DNA of 64,000 nt from contig NC_058374.1 in NCBI RefSeq assembly GCF_018350175.1, forward strand, positions 82,708,001-82,772,000. The letters run 5' to 3'. Positions within the stretch are counted from its first letter, which is position 1. Every line of letters begins with the position of its first letter. The translations under genes were made by a program, and so were the position numbers. The notes under the pieces were generated by a model that had not been told where the DNA came from, did no database searches, and saw nothing but the letters and a program-made list of their open reading frames with translations. Positions 39,260 through 50,500 of this stretch are shown here, piece by piece. The stretch is from Felis catus (Eukaryota).

Positions 39260-42200
39260 GGAGGGCTCAAAGCAGGTCGGGGGAGGACATGAGCAGGGGC
39301 CTGGAGGGTGCAAGGTGCATCAATCTGCAGGGAGCGCATTGTGCTTTAGCCCAGGGAGGAGGGGTAGGGTGGGGCAAATGCACCGCCAGGTCCCCACATT
39401 TTCCTGCTGCCCTCAGCACCCTGGGGATACAGGCATCTGGGCGGATCTGCCCTTTATTGCTGCCCACCAGCATTAAACACCCCTGACCCCAACGCTAGCA
39501 CCACAGGTGGATCCGGGGCAGGGAAAAGGGCAAGAACGGGAAAATTGCTTAGAGAAAGATTCAACTAGAATCCAGTGAATTGTGCTCAGTTCTCTTTACT
39601 TCCTACAACCGAGTACATGGGTCACAGGGTGGAGGGTGCAACAGGACATGAAACATGCCCCTCGGTGCCCCCAACACACCCCTGCACACAGGATGGTGGT
39701 GTCTGCAGCATCACAGGTCATGCAGGGCACAGGGAAGGGGAGGTTCACACACACATAGACGCCCACAGCGGGTACCAGACAGAGAACACCCCTGAATATA
39801 CACAGCTGTACACAGGGAACCCCCAGGTCCCCAACCCAACCCTCTCCCCTGTCTTGCCGTCCCCCAGGCAGGAGGAACTGTATTGCTTTGAGAGAGCCAC
39901 CCTGGGGGCCGCTCTGCCAGGCACCCTCCCCTCCCCTCCCCCCACCCCCATTTTGGCACATCTGCAAGACACACGGCAGCGAGAGTAGGCCCCTCCCTCC
40001 CAGGTTTCTGTGGCTTGGAGTTGAGGAAGGGGGTAGGAGACTTTGTCCTCCATCTTTCCCCTAGCCCTTCCCAAACCCCTAGCGAACCCACTCCAGCCAG
40101 AACCCACCCCCACCCCCAAAACACACACATACAAAGCTGAGCTATCCAGGAATACAGGGGAACAAGGAGATTGTCCGGGACAGGAGTGGAGGCAGTCGGG
40201 GGAGAAAGGACTGGAAGCAGAGACCCCACCCTGGTGTGGGGGTAAGACTGGCACAACAGCTACTTTAGTGCAATTGGAGAGGGTGCCCAGAGTGAGGGAT
40301 GGAGATGGGAGGGGAAGGCTCTCCCCGATTTCCCTGGGGGCAAAGCCAGGCTCCCCAGGGAAAGGGCCTAGCAGGAGTAAGTGAGGGCCAAGGGCAGATG
40401 CTCTCGTCACCCGCCACCCTCTGCCCTCCCAAATGCAGTGACAGTGTCCCCCTCACACCTAAGTGGGCAACAGCAGCCTCGGAGTCAGTACCTTCAAGTA
40501 ATTCATAGAGCAGACCCTCCCCACCCCAGCTTCCTCCCATCTCTGGGATTTGGTCGCTTCTCTAGGGTTGGGTCGGGAGGAGGGAGTCCCCAAGTCAGGC
40601 CCTTCCCTCTCCACCTCCCTCTTCCCAGATCACTGGGCTTGGTCCTCAAAGATTCCTTGCCTCCGCCCTTGGCCAACCTGGGTCAAGGCCACGGAGGGCT
40701 GGAGCCACCACGATTAGAGGGGAAGGGGCTGCTTTGCTCCTTATCCCTCCTTCTTAAAAGGTAGGGTTCAAACTAGGCGGGATGGGGCCCCATACTGGTT
40801 TGCCCCAGGAGGAGGGCTTCTGGGCTAGGGTCTGTAAGGCTATTTTCCTTTGCGGTGGGAAGGGGAGGTGGGGATGAACACGGGGTGTGGGGAGAGGGGG
40901 AGAAACGGTGGAGAGGGAAGGAGGAAGGGGCCTCCCTGCTGGAGCGTAGTCACTGGAGTCATTCAGACGAAGAAACACTCATGTGCACAAGATACAGAGT
41001 GTGCCTGTTCCCAGCCCCTCCAGCCAGGCCCCAGCCTCACCTCTCAGGGTCCCTTCTAAGACCCGAGAGGTTTGGGGGATACAGCTGTAGAACCGTTCAC
41101 TCTGGCCCCACGCCCCCCACCCCACCCCCAGCCCCTTCTCNNNNNNNNNNNNNNNNNNNNNNNNNNNNNNNNNNNNNNNNNNNNNNNNNNNNNNNNNNNN
41201 NNNNNNNNNNNNNNNNNNNNNNNNNNNNNNNNNNNNNNNNNNNNNNNNNNNNNNNNNNNNNNNNNNNNNNNNNNNNNNNNGAGGGGCCACGCCGGGGTTG
41301 GAGAGGGAGGTAGACCCTCCTCAGCCCCTCCACCCCAAGGAACACATGTCTAAGTGGGGTGGCAGTCCCTCAGTCTCATCTCTCCCACCCCCCACAGCAC
41401 CAAACAGAAGGAGAAGCCCCCTCCCCCAGGGGCTGCTCCCCACCCCAACCTGGGCTGTACATTCAGTGGTTTTCAGCAGTCCTATGGCTCAGGGGGCCAC
41501 AGTGGGGGAGGTGGCCCATCAGTCTCAGTTGGACAGTGGCAGTGACCCGGGTTTGTTGGCCCATCCTGGGACCCACAGTTTGTGCCATTTGTTTTTCTGA
41601 AGGATAGTACACAACCCTACCAAAGCCACCGCCCAATCAGAAACATCTCCCCAAAATCAGAAACTAAAAACTGGCTCTTATCTCGCCCTCTGATTCACAC
41701 ACCTGTTTCCCTGTCTCCTATGTAGCCCTCGCTCTGTCTCCTTTGCTGGGACCTGGGGCTGCTCCCAGGGTCCTCACTTAAAATAGGCCTTTTCTCAAAA
41801 GTGCTTATTACTTGAAGCAAGTGCTTTAGAGCTGCGGTGGGGAGAGGGGGAGGGGAGAGGGAGGGCAAAGGGAAGGAGGTGTTTCCTCCCCACCCTATCC
41901 CCTTAAGATTGGGGGGCATTCTGCCTGTTTTACTTCTCCACACCCGTTTAAGTCAAAGAGGTTTAAAAAAAAAATCTTAACATTAAAATAAATATGCAGT
42001 CGCCATGAGAATGGTCAAAACGCTTCAAAAAACACTAGGGGCTGGGGAGCCCAGGGTGGGGTGTGGGATTTCCTTTGGCATAAGGAGAGGAGGCTGCTCA
42101 TCCTCCACGCCTCCTCATAGCCACATGAGGAGAGGCAGAGGACTCCCCACAACCTGCCCCAGCACTGCTGACCGTGTGCTGAAGGGGCAGCAGGGGGACA

Positions 42201-44578
42201 GGCAGCCACCAGAAATCTCATCTAGCAAAACAATGGGGCTCCTGACAAATACTCAGAATCTTCCTGTCATCGCCAAACATTGATAAAGGAGAACACGACT
42301 GATACCCCAAGAGTCTTCTCTGGAGAATCCATCTCTCTGCTCCCCCTGCCCCCCCCCCCCCCGTCACCTAATTCCCAGCACCAAAATGAGAGGGAGGGGG
42401 TGGAATGGGAAGATTTCAGGAGAGACAGTTAAAGTTAGGGGCAAGCTTTGCAGAACCAGCGGGGGCGGGGGGGGGGGGGGCTGCAGCCCTTAAGAGAGGT
42501 CACATTGATTGTCGTATAGGGGAGGGCAGGGTATGAAGGGAGGTGGGCAAGAGGGGCATCGCAAGGCCCTTTGGCTTTGAAAACAAAAATAAAAACTAAA
42601 AGCTGCACAATCCTTCTTACCAATAATGGTCATTTGGAAGCTTTGAAATGGTTTAGGAACTGAGGGTTAGGGGAAGCAAGACACAGACAGAGGGGATAAA
42701 AAGAGACCATGACAAAAAAAAGCCAAAAAACAAACAAACAAACAAAAAAAACAAAAAAGGACTTGGACAAACACCCCAGGCTTCAGGGAACCAGCATGAG
42801 GTATGGTTAAGGGTATCTGTTAGCGAGGCAGGGGTCCCTGGGATACCCCCTCCCCCCTCAGCCCACCCTTGGCAAGGGTGGCAAGACTTGCAGGAAAAAC
42901 AACTGAAAAGTGGGTGAGGTTGTGAACAAAGCAAGCGTGAGGGGGCGTAGGAGGGGAGGAGACTGAGGAATCCCCCGGAGGAGACCCTGTACTGTGTAAA
43001 CAAAGCCTGTCCAGTTCTCAGGGGACAATACTGATGGCAGCCAAACTGGGCAAGGATGCACTGTGGGGGTGGAGGGGGCATGACCTCTATTCAAGTTCTG
43101 TGTCTTGGCCCCTGGCTGAGGTATTGAGTGTGAGGAAGGGAACACTGGGCTATGGGAGCGGGTCCAACTGTCCAGGAGGCTTAGCTGGGAGATGGATGGA
43201 CAGGGCGTTTGTTGGGACCAGGGCCAAATTCAATGCTACATTTAGAGAGAAAACTGCCCCCTCCTCACTCTGGCCCAGTTTGGCTTTTGGGGTGCGACTT
43301 TTAGGAATCTTCTCAGTGCAGCCCCTAGCTCAATCCCATGTTTCCCCGCTGCTGGGAGGGCAGGGATCAAGCCTCAGTGTGTATTCGTCACTACCTAGAT
43401 CAGAGCTTCATCCTCACACCAGAGGGGAAGCCTGGGTCCCGAGTAGCCACGGTCCCTAGTCTGCCCTGCCCCTCCCACCATCTTTGGCTTCAGATCAGGA
43501 GTGACTGGGGGCGGTGGGTACTCTTGGACATAACGGAAGGTGGGGGTACAGAGGAACTATGGGTTTGGGGGGCACAGGAGGAAGAATATTGTCCTTCCCT
43601 CCCCACACATGCAAACACATGCCTGAAACACACAGGACATTCTAGGGCTGTGGTCTTGAAATGGGCAGGAAATTAATTTGTTTCTTCCCCTAAAGGATAA
43701 AATGCTTACTTAAAAATTCATGACAAGCCTCAAAGTTAAGGGAGAGGGGAGCCAGGGAGGGAATGGCCACAGGCTCTGCCCTCCCAAAAGAAGTTAAAAG
43801 AAAGAAGCAAGGTTAAAGTGCGTGGTTAGGGGACCAGGCCAGGAGTGGAAGGGAATNNNNNNNNNNNNNNNNNNNNNNNNNNNNNNNNNNNNNNNNNNNN
43901 NNNNNNNNNNNNNNNNNNNNNNNNNNNNNNNNNNNNNNNNNNNNNNNNNNNNNNNNNNNNNNNNNNNNNNNNNNNNNNNNNNNNNNNNNNNNNNNNAGAA
44001 GTGGGGGAAAAGCTCCAGGCCCCAGTGCTAAATACCCTCCCCCCTCATCCACTAGCTGCCCCTGAAGGGGGAGGGGGACGCCCCCAGAGTGCTCACACAG
44101 TACCAGAAATTAAGGCTTCTCACTGCTGCGGGGATGGAGGGGCCAGCCGAGCAGGGAGGCAGTGATGGGTATGGAAGAAGAGGAGGGATCTGCCTGGCAG
44201 TAGGGGCAGGGGCGGGGGGACACAAAGAGGAGAAACAGAGGAAAGGGTGGGGGGAGTTGGCAGCAGAAAGGGGGAACTGAGAGATGGGGTAAAAGAGAGG
44301 GTAGCCAGGCATTTAGCAATCATTTGGGGACACTTGGCAGAAGGGGTTGCCCTGGGGGTGCCAAGGGCCTGGGGTGCTCCCTGTTGGTCCCAGACCCTTG
44401 CCAGGCCAGGATGGTGTGGCAAAGGGGTGAGCAGCTGCTCCCCAGTGCATTTTTCCCCCCTCTGTCCCCCCCCACCCAGTCGTGTTCTCCTTTAAAGTGC
44501 CCTAAATGTATAGACTTTTTCTAAATAAATAGAATAAGATATCAAGCCACCGGCAGGGGGAGGGACACTGATGGGGGG
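39260..44578 (-). other. ANKRD52: ANKRD52 long 3'UTR (~5 kb), converging on the SLC39A5 3' end
   Basis: Repeat-free sequence downstream of the TAG at 44581-44579. Minus-strand AATAAA at 39458-39453. The true end may lie in N block 39096-39259. Confidence 0.7.
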
Positions 44579-47500
44579 CTACTCCGAATAGCAGCCGTCT
44601 AACCCAATGGCGCCGTGCCGNNNNNNNNNNNNNNNNNNNNNNNNNNNNNNNNNNNNNNNNNNNNNNNNNNNNNNNNNNNNNNNNNNNNNNNNNNNNNNNN
44701 NNNNNNNNNNNNNNNNNNNNNNNNNNNNNNNNNNNNNNNNNNNNNNNNNNNNNNNNNNNNNNNNNNNNNNNNNNNNNNNNNNNNNNNNNNNNNNNNNNNN
44801 NNNNNNNNNNNNNNNNGCTGGGGTGTGACCTGCAGGGTGGAGGGGGAAAATTGAGGCACAGGGTCCTGTACCCCCGGGGCCCCATCCACCCTCTGCCAGG
44901 CCCTGAGCTCTCATCTGTGGAGGGTAGCCAAGGTGGGCAAGAGCCCAGCACAATCAGAATTCAAGGGCTACGAGGGCCCAGGGGCACCGACAGGCAGACT
45001 GTCAAAGCGTGGGGTAAAGGGTGGAGTGCAGGGGACAGAAGTCTGGGAGACTGAGGTGTGTGGAAGGTCTTCCTGAGGACCCTGCTGGCTCCACCTAGTT
45101 CCGTCAGATTCCCCTCAGAAATGCTAGCGTATTGGTATTGGGTCCCTGCTCTGAAGAGTTCCCCTGGGAAAAAAACCCAGTTTATAGCAAAGTTAAGAAG
45201 TCACCTCCTGAAGAATGTCCCTGACCCCAAACCCAGGAGAGGCGGGGGGCTCTGGACCCCACCCACCTTCTTCATCCACAGCCAGCACTGTGGCCCCACG
45301 ACTTAGCAGGGCCTGCACCACAGAAGCTAGACCATTCCGGGCAGCAATGTGGAGTGGCCTTGGAAGAAAGGAAAAAAAGAACGAGAAATCAGTGAGATCC
45401 AAGCTGCCTTTTCACACCCAGCCAGAGTAGCAAGACTGCTGAACAGATACTGTGAGCTCTAGAGAGCCCCCAGAATGCATGTGGCTCTTTCTTACCCATC
45501 TGCCTCCCCTAGCCAGGCTCCCCCTTCCCCGGAAACTCACATTTGCAGCGCACTGTTGGTAGCATTGATAAGGCCAAGGTCTTGGGTTTCTGCCAGGATC
45601 ATGAGGGCACACTTCTCATGGCCCTGAGGAAGAAGAACAGAGATGGAGTGGAGGCAGACAGGCTATAGAGCAGGAGTTGGGAAGGGTTCAGGGGACAAAA
45701 AGCTATACAGGCTGGACAATCCTGATTGCCACTCCAGTCCTCTCTCCAACTGGGCAGACCCACCCCCTTCATCAAGCCCACCCCCTTACGTGGCCCTCAC
45801 CACCACCAATCCAGGCCACACCTTGCTACAAGCCAAGTGGAGGGCAGTGTTCTTGTTCTCATCCAGCACAGTAAGGTCTGCCTTCCCTCGATACAGCAGA
45901 AATTCTGCAAGAGAAAGGGGGCAAAGGAGTGATGCCTTCCCTCCAGAGCAGCAGCCCTCATGGCTCCCGGCCCTCCCATCTGCATATACTTTGCATCCCA
46001 TCTGCAGAGGAGGGAAATAACCAAATACATGACTCCTGTTTCCTGAGCCCCACAGGCAGGGCTGCCCCATCTCGTAGAAACCCAAGGGGGAGCTCCTCCC
46101 TTCCACACGTGGCCCCTACACACCCACAGCAGCGGTCTGGCCGTTCTCGGCCGCCGTCATGAGCGCAGTGCGGCCAGTGTGGTCAGTGGCGTTCACCTCG
46201 GCTTGATGCTGCAGTAGCATCCGGAGCCCAGATACATTGTCCGCGAAGGCAGCGGCGTGAAGAGGGGTCCTGCAGTGTGGGGGTCAGGGCAGAATGAGAA
46301 CAGAGGGCTTATTCGCCTGAGCAGAAAAAGGAGGCCAGAGGTGACCGGGGCTTCTCCCTAAGCCTTGTACCACTCACCGTCCTTTGGCATCTCGGCTGTT
46401 CACAATCTTGGCACCCAGAGCTCCCAGCAGCATCTCTGTGGTGCTGTCCTGGTTATTAATTCTGGGGGGGAAAGGAAGGGTCAACAGGAAGGACAAGAAA
46501 AATGGAATGCCTGTCCTAAGCCCAGGTCACAGAACCTCAAGCGGGGCTGAGGCACAGGAAGGGACTTACACTGCACAGTGCAAAGGAGTGAAGGGGTTTC
46601 CCTCCAGGTATGAAAACGGGCTGTGTTCAAGTAACAACTCCAGACAATCTTCATGTCCTGAGCAGGAGAAAGGAAGAGCCGTGGGGGTGGAGAGAGATGA
46701 CAACAAGGTTCCCAACATCTGTCCTGTGCCATCTCTGGACACTCCATTCCACTTCCAGATCAAGATTAACCCACGTCCCCGTCCCTCCCTCAATCCACAG
46801 GTCTGTGGTCTCTGTTCTGGTCTGTCCTCCCCCATATTGCACCCCTGTTCTTATGCTGCCAGGGCCCCAGGCCCGCACCAGTGTAGGAGGCCCAGTGCAT
46901 GGGCGAGTATCCACTGTAGTCCACGCCAGCATCCAGGGGGTCTGTGGAAAGGGCAGCCTGCAACAGCGTCCGCAGCACTGCAGTGTGGCCGCAGGCTGAG
47001 GCCAGATGGATGGGGGTGCGGCCCTTGAAGTCTCGGCACAGCACAAATGCATCGTGGTCCAGCAGGGCAGCCAGGCAGTCCTCACAGCCAGTCACTGCCT
47101 GTGGATGACATGATGGTGTGAGGGAGGGTGAAGGGCCACTCCCTTTCAAACAGCCAGTCACTGGAGCTGGCCCAGGCATAAGAACCACTTCCAGGGCTCC
47201 GATCGTTATTTTCACAGCAACCACTCTAAATGTTAGGACTCCTTCCTTCCTCCGTTCTCTCTATGCCAACAGACAACCAGAATGGCAAGAGTGAATTCGG
47301 GCACTCTGGAGTAGTGGGGGGACAAATTGCCAGGTAACTGCAATTGACTAAGGGATCAAAGAGTCCCCTGGGATGAAGAGGAGACGGCTTTGGGACAGGT
47401 GATCACGGAGAAGGACTGGGACAGTGGCATCATTATCCAGTGGGCCAGGACCAGAGTCTGGGTATCCTGGAGCAGAGTGTGAGTAGTGAGCATGTGGCTG

Positions 47501-50500
47501 TATGAGACTACAAAGCAAGGGAATCAGAGAGATCAGCTACACATGTCAGGTACTCATCCTGGAGCAAATGTAGTAAGACCCAATAAGACCCTGGGCACAA
47601 AATCCTGGCCCACCTGCTAGGCAATCTGCTGTCCTACTTCTGATGGGTCCTGTGCTCCCATGTCCAGGCCTGTCTGTGAGCAGCCCCACCCAGGAGGTCA
47701 CTCACCCCACGGTGGAGGGCGGTGCGGCCCCGGAGGTCAGCAGCATCAGCTGTGGATCCTTTCTCTAGCAGCAGATGGACACAATCCACGTGGCCATTCA
47801 TGATGGCCAGCATCAGTGGGGTTCTACAGAGGGGATGGGAGACAGATGAGGGCCAGCAGGGACAGGAAAACCCGCATCCTACCCCTGGTCCACACTCACT
47901 GTCCATAGGCATCCATGACATCAGTGATGTCGGCGCGTTCCCCACTGTCGATCAGCAAGTGCAGGGAGTCAGTGTGGCCAGAGGCAGCTAAGAGAAAAGG
48001 CCTGTGTCAGGGCATGGTCAAGGGGAAGGAGGCAGCCACGTCAAGCATTAAGGACTCCAGGGTGGAGATCATGGAAGGACCTGGGGCAGGCTGAAGTCTT
48101 GGGGGATAGGAAGCCACGAATCAGGACTTAAAGTTCTCCTCACCCTGCTCCACTCCCAACCCCAATCCCATTCGGGAGGGATCTGGGACCAGTCTCCAAG
48201 GCCTGGTGTGGCAAGGGGAGGTACCAGCAGCCTTAAGGGGGTACGTACCAGCAGCGTGCAGGGGTGTCCACTTGCGTTTGCGCTCCTTGATGAGAGCAGA
48301 GGCGCCGTGGGCGGTAAGCACCTCCACACACTCAGTAGAGCCTCGCTCAGTGGCCAGGAAGAGCGCGGTCCGGCCCTTGTGGTCCCTTACATCCAGATTC
48401 ACCAGCGTCTCAGCCAGTGTCTTCAGGGCTTCACAGTGACCGTTGTAGGCCTGGAGGGGAGCAGGCAACCAATGGAAACAGCTTGGGACACTGCCCTCAC
48501 TCTGCTCTTGGGCCCCCTGGGGAAACTCCAGGCAGCAGTCCTCCCCATGAGCTCCCTGGGTCCCTCAGACTCTTCACCTACACTACACCCAACCCTGGGC
48601 ACTGCCTGCCTGCCACGTCCCCCCAAGAAAGCAGAAGCCAGGATAGATGCACAAAGGCTTGCACCTGTTTGTGGACCAAAGGGCAGGCAGGGACAAGGAA
48701 GGCAAGAGGAAAAGACCTGGGACTCACAGCTAAGTGCAAAGGGCTAACTGGAATGGTGCTCTCCACATCCTCCAGGCAGTTAAAGGACATTTCTAAGAGC
48801 TGCAACGGACAGAAGAGTAGGCGCTGAGGTTCTCAAACTCCCAAAATGTTATCCCCTGTCCCCTACCCACAGTAATGCCCTACACCCCTGGACCTAGAGA
48901 CCATATCTGAGTCAACCACCCCTCGGTTTCAGAATTCACAGACACAAAGGTGACTATGAGCCCTGCCCCTGCTTCCTCTCCTCCAGGCCAGATCCCACAC
49001 GTACCAGTTCGAGGTNNNNNNNNNNNNNNNNNNNNNNNNNNNNNNNNNNNNNNNNNNNNNNNNNNNNNNNNNNNNNNNNNNNNNNNNNNNNNNNNNNNNN
49101 NNNNNNNNNNNNNNNNNNNNNNNNNNNNNNNNNNNNNNNNNNNNNNNNNNNNNNNNNNNNNNNNNNNNNNAGGTGCGGGCAAAGCAGAGGAGAGGTGCAA
49201 GGGAGCTCCTCCAGGCCTAGCTGGCCAACACCCATCCGCTGCTCTAGGAAGGCTAACTCCTGCCTGTTCGACCCTTCCACTTGAGACCCACCACTTCCTT
49301 CACATCAGCTCTGAACTACTCTGGCTCCAATGCCTTTCTTTATCCTTGGAACGCTCTCCTAGAGAACCTAGAGCATAATTATGTTATCAACCTGCCAATC
49401 GACACTTCCCCCTACCTCCAGACATGCTGACCCCTTGCCTTGAATGCCTTCTCCTTCCAGCCCATCTGAAGAAGAAGTCCTACTCATTCAAACTCGGTCC
49501 CAGCATCCTCTCCTCTGTGAGGCCTTCCCTAACCTTCCCAGTGAGGTGCCTCTTCCTCTGTACTCCCTTGGTACCCTTCTCATAGCGTAGTACGACTAGC
49601 AGTAATAATAATCTAGTATTTAGCACTTACTATGTGTCAAGCACTATTCTAAGCACTTCATGTGTATGAAATCATTTAATCCTCATAATGACCCCACAAG
49701 GCAGCTACTACTCTTATTCCTTATGATGGTTAAGGAAACAGAGGCACAGAGAGGTTAAGTTGTCAAAGCTTGGATTTTCTTGGATTGTAAGTATCCTTTT
49801 TTTAAAAAAAAGTTTTATTTCACAACACTTTTAGATTTATAGACAAACTGTGAACATAGGACACAGTCCCCATTTACTCTGCATCATCTTCTCTATCATT
49901 AACATTCTACATTAGAAAGCATAAGTGCCCTTTCATTTATCTTTCCCAACAGATCATTAGCTTTCAAAGGCAGAAATTTGGGGTAATTTGTCTTTTATCC
50001 TTAGCATCTAGCACAGTACTTGGTACCTAATAAGTAAATCCTCACTTAAATCTTGTGGAATAAATAAAAGGCTTTGTGCGTTAAGTTTTTCTGATTGTCT
50101 CAAGAAGACCATCTGTTCCCTGAGGGAAGGAACTGTGTCTCATACTTTTGTTTTCACCCACAATGCTTAGTCCAGGATTAAGCTCAGATCGCTCCCAACA
50201 CACTGCTGGCTGGCCAACAGCAAGCAGCAGAAATGAGGTGGCAGGACGGGGAGTGGATGGGAGAATCACGGGACCAGAGCTGGCACTGCTGGGAAAGTAC
50301 ATCCCAGGGGTCTTCTCGGCTACTCACAAGAAGGCCTCCTTCCTGCGGGACTCCTTCAGTGGCTCGTCCTCTTCAGCATCGTGGCTGGACGATGAGTGGG
50401 GTTCCGCTCTGGAGGACAGAGAGTGAAGTCAGGGGAGGCTCACGGAGGTGAACAGGGCTGAGAAGGCCAAAGTGAGAGTCTCACCTCCTGTAGGTGTCAG

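Noticed and set aside
39575-44500. Many 100-220 aa ORFs within the ANKRD52 3'UTR
   Set aside because: No family similarity, overlapping in all frames, and consistent with G/C-rich UTR composition.
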